The position numbers and the translations under genes are program-made. From positions 1 through 64,000 of IMG/VR virus record IMGVR_UViG_3300035070_003528: a stretch of DNA of 64,000 nucleotides, one strand, 5' to 3'. This document shows, piece by piece, positions 55,216-64,000 of this stretch (position 1 is its first letter; every line of letters starts with the position of its first letter). Source of the stretch: a virus. A model generated the notes under the pieces. That model did no database searches. It had not been told where the DNA came from and worked only from the letters and a program-made list of their open reading frames with translations.

Positions 55216-57786
55216 ATGTTAACAAGAAATAAAATTGGTTTCCATGTCGGCCCAGATGCCCCAGGGAGCAACTTGACTGGAATTGGTAACTGGATGAGAC
55301 AACTTCATGCCGCTGGAATACCGATGGTATTGAAATCAGTAGACAACTACGGCCCTATTTATGAAGCAGATAAAATAGTTGATCCAAACAATACTGTTGA
55401 CCACACATTTGTTTTTAGACTGTCTGATTCAGACTTTTATTCATTCGACACGCCACCTTATAAAGATCCTCAGTATATAAACGATCCGGAAGGTGGGGCT
55501 GTTCTACATTGGAACATGACAAAGCAAAAACTTCCTCCTGAATTCAATAAAGAACGAGTGTGGCTTGAGCTAACTAATGAAGTTGATCGCAATTTGTGTA
55601 CTTGGTTAGACGAGTTTGCCCTTAAAATAGCGCAACTAGCGAATGCCGAGGGGTATAAAGTTGCGTTATTTGGCTGGGCTGGGGGCGAACCAGAACCGCA
55701 GGGCTGGGAGGAAATGCTGGACTTCCTCCGATATTGTGGGGATAATCGCGATAAATGCGCGATTGCAATACATGAATATAGCTTTATTGTCACAGATATA
55801 TTCGATCAATGGCCGTTCAAAGTTGGTAGATTCCAATATCTTTTCGCAATTTGTGATAAATTTGGGATAAATCGGCCAACTACGTTGATTACAGAATGGG
55901 GATGGACTTTAAATGACGCACCTGGGTCTACAACTGCCCTAATAGATATTGAAGCAGTTTCAAATGTGTATAATCAGTATGACAATATACTAGGGGCAGC
56001 GATCTGGTATCTTGGCCCAGGATTTAACATTGCAGATAAGGTTCAAAAACTTATCCAGCCAGTCACGGACTGGACAATTAATTCATTCGTTGAAATAGAC
56101 GAAATTAATCCACCTATAGACGAATTGCCGTCAATAAATGGATGGGAGCAATATATGGAAACAAGTAAGATAGCAGTAGACGTAACTGTAGAAATAGAAG
56201 ACAAGGAAACATTCATTGGATTGGTGCGCGGAATTGGAAGCGCAAATGCCACAGGTGCTCAGTACAGATGGCTATACAACGATGGAACATACAATGTATA
56301 CACCGACTGGGTTGGTCTATCAGCAAGCAGCATACCACAATTAGATATACGAGGACTGGAATTCTTGGTTAGTACAAGTCGGATGTTAACCAAAACGGTT
56401 CCAGTAGAAATCGAATGCCCAAACCCTAATCCGCTCCCTGTTGTTGAGTTTCCGCTCGTTGTGGACTATTCTCACTGGCAGGGAGCAACAAACCACGTGG
56501 CTTTGAAAACAGCAGGCGTTTATAAGTTTATGTCAAAAATTACTGAACATACTGTTTATGTTGACACCGAATTTCTGTCTAGATACCAAAATGCGGTTGC
56601 TGCTGGATATAAAAAAGAAGACATCGCGCCGTATCATTTTTACCGATTCAACAAAAGCCCGGTTGATCAAGCCAATCACTTCGTCAATACATATAAATCA
56701 CTTGTGGGCAATCCAGCCTGTGCATTTGTAGCAGATGTAGAAGACGTTGATAACACTGCCGTTGGCAAACAAGGCGAATTGAAGCTGTTTCTAGATATTG
56801 TAGAATACTTAACTGGGTTCAAGCCTATTATTTATACCGGTAGCTGGTGGTGGACGGCCGCTCGATGGGGTGGTGCTGTTCCTTGGGCGAAAAACTATGC
56901 AATGGTAGAAGCCGAGTACCCGCTAGACCCAGTAAATGACTTCGTTGATTTCAATGCAGCGCACAACTGGACTAAAACACACAGCCCAGCATTGTCATCT
57001 GACTTCACGATTCATAGCTTCTGGCAATTTACAAGCAAGGCAAATGGGATTGCGTTCGGTGTGAGTAGTAAATACCTCGATGTTCAATCGTTCAATGGCA
57101 ATCTTGACGAACTACGTGCTGTTTATACAAAAAAAGGAACTGTGTTAACTGACCCGCGTCCAAATACCAATAAAATAGACATGCTACAGTATATTAGAGG
57201 GCAAAATGGCATTCAATACGAGATGCGCTTTCCAAATGGAAACCAAGAACGCTATCAAGTTCAGTGGGACGTTGCCAATCCGCAAATATGGTACATCGTC
57301 AAGGGCGAAAATCAAGGGCATTACGAGCGTTGGTCTTACGATGACAATTACATCTACCTAGAAATGGACACCTCTCCAGCAAACGCCCCCGATGGGCAGG
57401 CTGTGTATTACACCATTGACAAAAACGGCCGTTCGCCAAAATATCGTCGATTCATGTCTGTTGGAGAGGTATTTAATGACGGTGGACATGTCGTCACATT
57501 CAGAAACGTGTCAAATTGTGCAATAAATACCAGTGACCCCCGCAGTGGAAACGCTGCAAATAACACAACGTTTATTCGTGGGGCATATACAGATACTTTC
57601 TATAACAATATTGTACTAACGGATGTAATTGAGTGTTTGGAAAATACTGAGGGTCAATTCTGGGGTAAAGGATTTGGACGAGTTCGCTGGCAAAGTACCT
57701 GGGGAGAAGCCGAGATCAGTGAAATTCATTCACCCGGCTCTCGTCCAGATGTGTTGCGCCAGCATATTACTTGCCTTGGTCAATAA
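55216..57786 (+). CDS. multidomain endolysin: N-terminal glycoside-hydrolase-like barrel, GH25 muramidase and C-terminal domain
   Basis: GH25 motifs DYSHWQG, YHFY, ADVE, IIYTG, WQFTS, LD; N-terminal NE...HEY...ITEWG pattern. Confidence 0.8.
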   Translation: MLTRNKIGFHVGPDAPGSNLTGIGNWMRQLHAAGIPMVLKSVDNYGPIYEADKIVDPNNTVDHTFVFRLSDSDFYSFDTPPYKDPQYINDPEGGAVLHWNMTKQKLPPEFNKERVWLELTNEVDRNLCTWLDEFALKIAQLANAEGYKVALFGWAGGEPEPQGWEEMLDFLRYCGDNRDKCAIAIHEYSFIVTDIFDQWPFKVGRFQYLFAICDKFGINRPTTLITEWGWTLNDAPGSTTALIDIEAVSNVYNQYDNILGAAIWYLGPGFNIADKVQKLIQPVTDWTINSFVEIDEINPPIDELPSINGWEQYMETSKIAVDVTVEIEDKETFIGLVRGIGSANATGAQYRWLYNDGTYNVYTDWVGLSASSIPQLDIRGLEFLVSTSRMLTKTVPVEIECPNPNPLPVVEFPLVVDYSHWQGATNHVALKTAGVYKFMSKITEHTVYVDTEFLSRYQNAVAAGYKKEDIAPYHFYRFNKSPVDQANHFVNTYKSLVGNPACAFVADVEDVDNTAVGKQGELKLFLDIVEYLTGFKPIIYTGSWWWTAARWGGAVPWAKNYAMVEAEYPLDPVNDFVDFNAAHNWTKTHSPALSSDFTIHSFWQFTSKANGIAFGVSSKYLDVQSFNGNLDELRAVYTKKGTVLTDPRPNTNKIDMLQYIRGQNGIQYEMRFPNGNQERYQVQWDVANPQIWYIVKGENQGHYERWSYDDNYIYLEMDTSPANAPDGQAVYYTIDKNGRSPKYRRFMSVGEVFNDGGHVVTFRNVSNCAINTSDPRSGNAANNTTFIRGAYTDTFYNNIVLTDVIECLENTEGQFWGKGFGRVRWQSTWGEAEISEIHSPGSRPDVLRQHITCLGQ

Positions 57787-58186
57787 AAACCTTGCACAAC
57801 TCGTACTGCGGAGATGGCAATTCGTTATCAATTCCCTGATCCCAAATCGCAAAGCACGTATCGCGTTGTTCCTCTGTATACGGCCCCATCGGAGGTAAAT
57901 CTTGCAAAAACGGCCGTGTCGGCGGAACAATTGCTTGCGGTGTAGCAACGGATTGTAATTCTGTGAAGAAGGCTGTCGCCGTTGCGTTGAAATCAATCGA
58001 TTGAGGTGTCCATGTCGGTAATGGCGTAATAGTTGGCACGGTAATAACATCCCCTTGGGTGTTAATCACCGATGGCGCAACAGGCTGTCTATTAACCACA
58101 ACGGATAACCCATTTTGGCTCATAAGCATATACCCAACAACTAAAACAAGAATAACGAGAATTGGAGTTGATTTATTCATCTCCAT
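57767..58186 (-). CDS. membrane-anchored Pro/Thr-rich protein
   Basis: N-terminal transmembrane segment; PTITPLPTWTP; C-terminal Cys pair. Confidence 0.6.
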   Translation of the reverse strand: MEMNKSTPILVILVLVVGYMLMSQNGLSVVVNRQPVAPSVINTQGDVITVPTITPLPTWTPQSIDFNATATAFFTELQSVATPQAIVPPTRPFLQDLPPMGPYTEEQRDTCFAIWDQGIDNELPSPQYELCKVFIDQGK

Positions 58187-58281
58187 ATGATAATCAATTG
58201 CTTTTATTTAATAAACAGTACATTCGTGCCATTCGTATTGCGCTGAAAAGATATATAATATTGAAAACAAAGGAGATATTT

Positions 58282-58497
58282 ATGATACTTAAAATTACAG
58301 ATCAAACAGGACACAGTGTTGCAGATACAGATACGGATTACGACCTAGCCGTGGACTTGTTCAAGAAAGCAGTAGATCGCGGCATGTGGGGCAAGGGAAT
58401 CAAGGACGGCCGTAGCGAATTCGTTTCTGTCACGACATTGGATGAAATTCTTGATTATGACGAAGTAATTATGTTGCCTCGTCAAGTTGGTGGATAG
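58282..58497 (+). CDS. 71-aa ubiquitin-like (beta-grasp-type) protein ending in Gly-Gly
   Basis: AGGAG RBS; MILKITDQTGH...DEVIMLPRQVGG-stop. Confidence 0.6.
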   Translation: MILKITDQTGHSVADTDTDYDLAVDLFKKAVDRGMWGKGIKDGRSEFVSVTTLDEILDYDEVIMLPRQVGG

Positions 58498-58500
58498 ATT

Positions 58501-59322
58501 ATGCAGAATTCGTATCTAGATGGACTCACGCAATGGGAGTTGATACAACTTGTCGCTACATCTACTTATCAAGAAAATTCGCTACGACAGCAAACCTTGG
58601 AAGCGTGGCGGGAGATGGCGTACTATGCCCATGACAATTTCAAAGAATTCCTAACCGGCGTACTAAGTAGTGCGATAGAAGAACGTACTTATATATCAAT
58701 TAGAGTGGAAATCGTTATTCATGGCAATGCTTTTTATGATTCGTATTACATACGAAGAGTGCCTGATATTTCCTACTCATCCTCTTATCTAGAAATATTT
58801 GTTAGCTCAAATCGTTCTCGGGAATTCGCGGTTTCTTTTTCTCCGCCAAGCGAAGATATATTATTTTATCCATCGAAGATGTATGAATATATTAGTCGGG
58901 TTATCGCTGCAATTGAAGCACACATTGCAAATAATGATAATTGGCGCAGATTCGCAGAAGGGGTACATAGAACACAAAATGCGTGGCAATGGACTATTGA
59001 TGACCCTGTAAAAAAAGTAAATAAACGGGCAGAAAAACTACTGCTCTCTCATTGCACGAAAAAACAGCGCAAACAATATAAGGCAAATCAGTATTTTGTT
59101 GTGATTGGTGGCGAAACTGGCACAATGTATCGAATTAGACGTGCATCCCAAATAAACATCGACGTGTTTGTTGACGGTGAAATTGAATACAAACTCTGCA
59201 CCGTTGCCGATCCTAGAAAAAACAGTGGGCTACCAATAGAGGATCAGTTACTTGCACAGAAAACTATGATAGAATTACAGGAAAATCATTTTCTGGAGAT
59301 AGCGAAACGATGGGAACTGTAA
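58501..59322 (+). CDS. conserved phage protein, partner of the GG-terminated protein
   Basis: C-terminal RAEKLL...F.V.GG.TG..YRI...KLC...LP.EDQLLAQK...E..FL..A; starts 3 nt after the Ubl stop. Confidence 0.6.
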   Translation: MQNSYLDGLTQWELIQLVATSTYQENSLRQQTLEAWREMAYYAHDNFKEFLTGVLSSAIEERTYISIRVEIVIHGNAFYDSYYIRRVPDISYSSSYLEIFVSSNRSREFAVSFSPPSEDILFYPSKMYEYISRVIAAIEAHIANNDNWRRFAEGVHRTQNAWQWTIDDPVKKVNKRAEKLLLSHCTKKQRKQYKANQYFVVIGGETGTMYRIRRASQINIDVFVDGEIEYKLCTVADPRKNSGLPIEDQLLAQKTMIELQENHFLEIAKRWEL

Positions 59323-59785
59323 TATTTATCATACTGTGTTTCATTTTGTTAGTTGCAAACATATTGGCAATAAATTACGCATTTAAGAGGCAATCGTGAA
59401 GCAAATTTTGATTAAATACCACCCGCTGTGGCAAGAAGTATACAACTATGAGTTCAATCAGGCTTGCCAACGGTTTAAAAACAGTCGTGGATACTGGCCT
59501 CAAGAAACGTACAATTATGTTCTCAATTCGGTTGAGGCGGAAGCGCGAAGTAACGCAGAAGCAGTTATTAGGGCGTTGAATGAAGACTCGTGAGATGGTT
59601 CTGCAATGGGTAGAAGAAAACCCGTTGTGCAACAAAGAAACTATTGTTGCACATATAAAGGGCAAGCCAAGTCTGCTTGTTCGCAATGTCATAGCAGACT
59701 TGTTTAAAGAAAATGTACTTTACTGCACTCGCGCTGGGAAAATATTTATTCCAGTGCCAATAAACTCTGCGTTTAAGGAGATTTT

Positions 59786-60097
59786 ATGAATTCGCTCGTG
59801 CGTATGCAGAAATTAGACGAATTACACACGCGGATGAAATCAATTTTGGCCGCAAAAGGTAATGATTATGCAAATGATGACGTACTCAGTAACTTCAAAC
59901 TAGCTGGAGCAATATGTCAAATGACGGCAGAAAAACAGTGTTTGTCACTTATTGCAACAAAAGTCGCTAGATTGGGTGTGCTATTAGACGGAAAGCAGGT
60001 GCATAACGAAGCAATTGACGACAGTGTGATAGATTTAATAAATTACGGCTTTTTATTACTATGTTTACTGGAGGACAATGATGAAACTGCTAATTAA
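59786..60097 (+). CDS. DUF1599/nucleotide-modification-associated all-helical protein
   Basis: KGNDYA...NF...K.ARL...E.IDDS..DL.NY. Confidence 0.65.
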   Translation: MNSLVRMQKLDELHTRMKSILAAKGNDYANDDVLSNFKLAGAICQMTAEKQCLSLIATKVARLGVLLDGKQVHNEAIDDSVIDLINYGFLLLCLLEDNDETAN

Positions 60098-60452
60098 TAC
60101 CTTAGATAATCAATGGCATGACGCAGATGAGGTGATTTTACATGCTGTTATGCAGATTTTGACAGATTTTGTTGAAAAAGAGCAACCGGACACACTAGAT
60201 TTCTCAGGCGATCAGAATTACGCCCATGCCTGGAATGTCATCACAGAAGTATATGATTGGTGGAAAAACGGCCGTATTGCCCGACACGGCCCCCTTGACG
60301 ACCTAGATTTGACAGATTTAGACCTAAATGACATATCTGATGACGACAGGGGCTTGTTTAGTGCTAGTAATGCCCTTCGTATGCGTTGGTATGAAGAAGA
60401 TACGACAATGATACAGCGCGTTGTGTCTATCCGTGATTATTTGTGGACTTGA
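60078..60452 (+). CDS. conserved phage hypothetical protein
   Basis: WHD.DE.ILHA.MQIL.DFVEKE...YDWW...R..LWT. Confidence 0.6.
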   Translation: MMKLLINTLDNQWHDADEVILHAVMQILTDFVEKEQPDTLDFSGDQNYAHAWNVITEVYDWWKNGRIARHGPLDDLDLTDLDLNDISDDDRGLFSASNALRMRWYEEDTTMIQRVVSIRDYLWT

Positions 60453-60531
60453 TGTAACGCCATGACTATGACAAATGTCACTGTTTCATGTGCTAATTTA
60501 GGTTATAATAGACAAAACAAAGGAGGTAAAC

Positions 60532-60585
60532 ATGGAACTGTTGATTGAACTGATTACGTTGCTCGGTAATTATTGGGCAGGCTAG
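60532..60585 (+). CDS. 17-aa hydrophobic peptide MELLIELITLLGNYWAG in its own transcription unit
   Basis: TATAAT at 60504-60509, AAGGAGGT RBS, double TAG stop, terminator at 60592-60630. Confidence 0.6.
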   Translation: MELLIELITLLGNYWAG

Positions 60586-60591
60586 TAGAAT

Positions 60592-60630
60592 AACAAAAAG
60601 GACTCTGTTAATAGCAGGGTCTTTTTTGTT
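60592..60630. terminator. bidirectional intrinsic terminator
   Basis: aacaaaaaggactctgt-taat-agcagggtcttttttgtt. Confidence 0.75.
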
Positions 60631-60868
60631 AATAGCACTTAAGCACTATTCCCCTATCTGTCATTTATTATATAATATTCAAATGAAACGAAATAATCTA
60701 ATAGCAGTAATTATTTGCACAGCAATCGGCTTTATTGGAGTTATTATTGCTGTTCTGGTGAGGTGAAATGATTAAATTGTGGTATATCAAGACATTAATC
60801 AAATGTATATTCCGGCAAATCGCTAACTCAATCAAGTTGATTACAAAGTTAATTCCGGTGAGGATGTT

Positions 60869-62627
60869 ATGATTCCAAAGATTGATTCTGTGCAGGACGA
60901 GCTTGATTATTACATGCGCGATGACAGATGTGTGTGTTGGTCATGTACTCGTAGTAAAGAATTTGCTACCATTGTAAACAAGCTCGATAGCGATGAAGAT
61001 AAAAAATGGATGATAGCGTTTTATAATTCTGTTGTCGAACAAGAAGACGCAAGTGAATTAGAAATATTATATTGGAAGACTAGAAATGCAACCGATCCAT
61101 AAAATAATGATGTTCAAGGTAATCTGTAGACTGATTCTCATCATAATCGAAATGATGGACAAATCGGGCAACACGGTCGATATAATCCAAAAAGAACTTG
61201 ATGAAACAGTTGATTTTTTAATGAAATACTACATGGGAGAATGGCACGACGATGAGAATAGTTAAGGATGATTCAGTAACAACCGTGTACGGATATTATC
61301 GGTGTCCAGAATGCGGCCGTACTTATTACGCTGGTGGTATTTTCTATCACAGTGATAATTGTTCTAAACACGGTTATTTAGAATGCGAGTATCATGTTGG
61401 GCCACGATGCAAGGAGTACAGTGATGCAGAAGACGAATGAAAAACGCGTTGTCACATGCCTAGTTTGCGATGGGGCAGGAGAATACGAACGAAATGGTAA
61501 AACGAGAACCTGCTGGCTTTGTAACGGAACTGGCGAGACAATTTTATTCGAGGTGAAAAGTAATGGGTGATATTACACGAGAAGAATGGGAAAATGACGT
61601 ACTAAACACACGTTAGGGACGTTACGGCCGAAAAGGAAGAACAAAATGACAACTGGGATAACAATAAACAACGCAAAAGCGATAGCATACAGTCTGAGTA
61701 AGGGCAAAGACAATGGTGGGATAAGCCGCAATGCGCTTGCCGATCATTTAATTCATGCCGCAAACCAGATGGAAAAGCAAATGACTGAAATCGAATTGCT
61801 AACAAAAGCCCTTGCCATTTATGCAGACCGTGATAATTGGGCGCAAGATGCCTGTACTAGCGTATTAACTGGTGAGGTTCGCGCTGATGGTTGGGAGTTA
61901 GAAGAAGATGTGACGGTGCTTCTAGACGATTATTTTGTATGGAGTTACGATGGTTCTGCCGGGTACGATATAGCACAACGTGTCTTGAATAAAATAAAGG
62001 ATAAATAAGAATGAAGAATGGAATGACAGAAATATTTAGAATATTTTGCGACGATAGACAAATAAACCATTGGCGAGAACCGTTCTGGCATTATTGCCAA
62101 GCGAACAATATACAAGACACGACTGAGGCCATGACGGCCGCATGGGACGAATTCTTACTGATGCTCTATCATTTTTAGTGACAAATGGAGAATGATATGA
62201 AAATTAATGATGTTGTAGCTACAAATGAGAATAATTTCCGTATAATATACAACAAGCCAAAAACGCGCCTGGTTATCCAAGATGGTTTGATTTATATTGA
62301 CAGCAGTCAGGAGATGCCAAATGCATGGCGTAGATTATGGTACTGGGTTTTGCTTGGCTGGAAGTGGGAGTCGTTAAATCAATCAGAAGACAAGGTAATG
62401 GTGAAGGAATGAGCGACGACAAAGAAGCAGCATTTATTGTCGATGACGTAATTCAGTTGGCAGAAGCAGTCCTTAGTAATTGGTATTATAATAATCCGAA
62501 TGGAGCCGATAGAGGCGATTACTGCTGGAGAAGACAGTATTTGCGTAATGGTCTCATTTTTAATGAAGACCACGATCCGAGTTGCCCAGTTATAATTGCA
62601 GACGCGGTATTAACTGGGTACAAGTAA
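60869..62627 (+). other. cluster of small early hypothetical genes (60869-61102, 61252-61440, 61646-62008, 62185-62412 and others)
   Basis: Short, coupled ORFs with RBSs; several carry Cys Zn motifs. Confidence 0.55.
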
Positions 62628-62673
62628 ATAGCCACACCTTTTTCAGCATGTCACGAAAAAGATGTGGCTATTT
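62626..62673. terminator. bidirectional hairpin terminator between convergent operons
   Basis: aaatagccacacctttttt...aaaaagatgtggctattt. Confidence 0.7.
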
Positions 62674-62694
62674 CATTACTATCAGTGGTTGTAA

Positions 62695-63198
62695 TTAATC
62701 GAAGTTTCTCTCGCCGTGCAATCTGTCATATTCATCCATAAATCTCTGCCTTTCTTCTAAGCACTCATTGCAATAACATGGATTGTCTTCGTTATCATAC
62801 CATTCGTCTTCTTCTTCATCGTATAAATAAGCTGTACAGATGTCGTGATCGTAATAATAATCAGCCGGTGTTTCAGACGATCTAGCCATTTCTAGAAATT
62901 CAGATACATAATCATGAGAGCATTGAGCGGTTTCATCGAATACAAAATTTTCGTTTATCGCTTTAATATCAAAATCCCTTTGCTTTCTGTAATACCAAGT
63001 AGACATGTCGTATTTTACAGTAGCTCCATTAGCCAGGGCATAGTCTACACTTAGATTTGCTGTAAAATCAATAAACTCTTGTAAATTATCCCATGTAACT
63101 AGGGGCTGATTCCATCGATTAACTAACCCGTCTGGTATATTTTCAAAATCATAAAACACGAAACACACAACAATATATTCTCGTTCTTTCATATACAT
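62695..63198 (-). CDS. acidic hypothetical protein, paralog of the C-terminal part of the upstream ORF
   Basis: VFYDFENIPDG...W....VTWDNLQEFI versus VFYPVFKIPNG...W....VNLDNLQEYV. Confidence 0.6.
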   Translation of the reverse strand: MYMKEREYIVVCFVFYDFENIPDGLVNRWNQPLVTWDNLQEFIDFTANLSVDYALANGATVKYDMSTWYYRKQRDFDIKAINENFVFDETAQCSHDYVSEFLEMARSSETPADYYYDHDICTAYLYDEEEDEWYDNEDNPCYCNECLEERQRFMDEYDRLHGERNFD

Positions 63199-64000
63199 TA
63201 GAATGGAATTCCTTGTGCTGTTAGCTCGTTATTATAATCTTCAATTGCTGCTTGTAACTCTCGCTCTTGTGCAAGTTCTTCATCAGAATAAAAAACCTCA
63301 ACTAGATCGCCGAGTTGTTCGCGGCCAAGCTGCCCAACTTTTATTGCCATGTAATCCACTGGATCTGTTATGCCCATTGCCAGAGAATATAGTTCTGTAT
63401 CAAAGCCATCATCCAGCACATCTTTATTGGTCATGTGGTTTCTATTGTCGTTTACAAACCATTTGCTTATTTGGTTTTCTGTAAACTCCTCTTCTTTGAT
63501 ATAGCTAGCATCAATGTCCAGCACATATCCGGCGCATTCTGCCATCAATTCAATGAATTTGTTCTTTTTGTATTTAACGTATTCTTGAAGGTTGTCTAGA
63601 TTTACTGCCCCATGAGGCCATGTGCTTGCGAACCAACGCATTTTATTAGCTAGGCGCACATTGAATCTTTCCCCATTGGGTATTTTAAAAACTGGGTAGA
63701 ATACAATAATTTTAATCCCGTTAGAGTCGTCCTCTTTTTTTGATTTAGTCAAATTCCATTCTCTGCTGGAGGTTCTTTTTCTTACAGTGAAGATGTTTTC
63801 TTTTTCTACCAGTTCTCTTATCTGCTGCTGGACATCAACCTCAACAAAACAAAAGTCACTGTGATCCGGGTCTTCTTCCGTGACTATTATTGACATTCCG
63901 TCTGTTTGCGGGACGCGCATGAAGTTTATTTTGCTTCTACGTATTTTCTTGGACAGTCGCGCCCAATCAATATCGTCGTTAATAACACATCGGAACAGTT
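63198..64000 (-). CDS. hypothetical protein, 5'-truncated by the window edge; paralog of 15270..16085
   Basis: The frame stays open upstream of 63920 (FRCVINDDIDWARLSKKIRRSKINFMRVPQTDG). Confidence 0.6.
   Translation of the reverse strand, partial: LFRCVINDDIDWARLSKKIRRSKINFMRVPQTDGMSIIVTEEDPDHSDFCFVEVDVQQQIRELVEKENIFTVRKRTSSREWNLTKSKKEDDSNGIKIIVFYPVFKIPNGERFNVRLANKMRWFASTWPHGAVNLDNLQEYVKYKKNKFIELMAECAGYVLDIDASYIKEEEFTENQISKWFVNDNRNHMTNKDVLDDGFDTELYSLAMGITDPVDYMAIKVGQLGREQLGDLVEVFYSDEELAQERELQAAIEDYNNELTAQGIPF

Noticed and set aside
59786-60097. DNA hypermodification system using the sugar operon
   Set aside because: No base-modifying enzymes (hydroxymethylase, TET/JBP, PurZ, DpdA) were recognised in the window. 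It cannot be excluded, but nothing here supports it.
1-64000. Stop-codon reassignment
   Set aside because: Long genes are intact under code 11, TAG, TGA and TAA all end coupled genes, and the only tRNA is a normal Leu(TAA).

Overview
This window is part of a dsDNA tailed phage genome with an HK97-type head and a non-contractile, siphovirus-like tail. It is roughly 41% GC, uses the standard genetic code and is truncated at both ends. The host is inferred, not shown, to be a Chloroflexota (Anaerolineae-like) bacterium, based on an EAD/Death-like domain, the endolysin architecture and about ten-fold enrichment of the palindrome CGGCCG. Virion genes lie in three separate blocks: terS-terL-portal (46-51 kb, minus), protease-capsid-neck-tail tube (5.6-11.2 kb, minus), and chaperone-tape measure-tail tip-fibre (20-31 kb, plus). 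Directly downstream of the portal is a ~15 kb minus-strand operon. It encodes an apparently complete nonulosonic-acid (sialic-acid-like sugar) pathway plus several glycosyltransferases: PseB/C/G/I/F-like enzymes, an N-formyltransferase in place of PseH, and a second NeuB with a KdsC-like phosphatase. Its promoter closely matches the tail-operon promoter, which suggests virion glycosylation. Other notable items: a small Gly-Gly-terminated ubiquitin-like protein paired with a Cys-containing partner; a phage EAD-domain protein beside the endolysin; a C5 methyltransferase split by an HNH gene, with a duplicated C-terminus flanking a GIY-YIG gene; a C4/CI-like antisense RNA candidate; several candidate sRNAs and attenuators; tRNA-Leu(TAA); an RNA ligase; and a radical SAM/TNSSS gene pair. 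All calls come from reading motifs by eye; no database searches were run.
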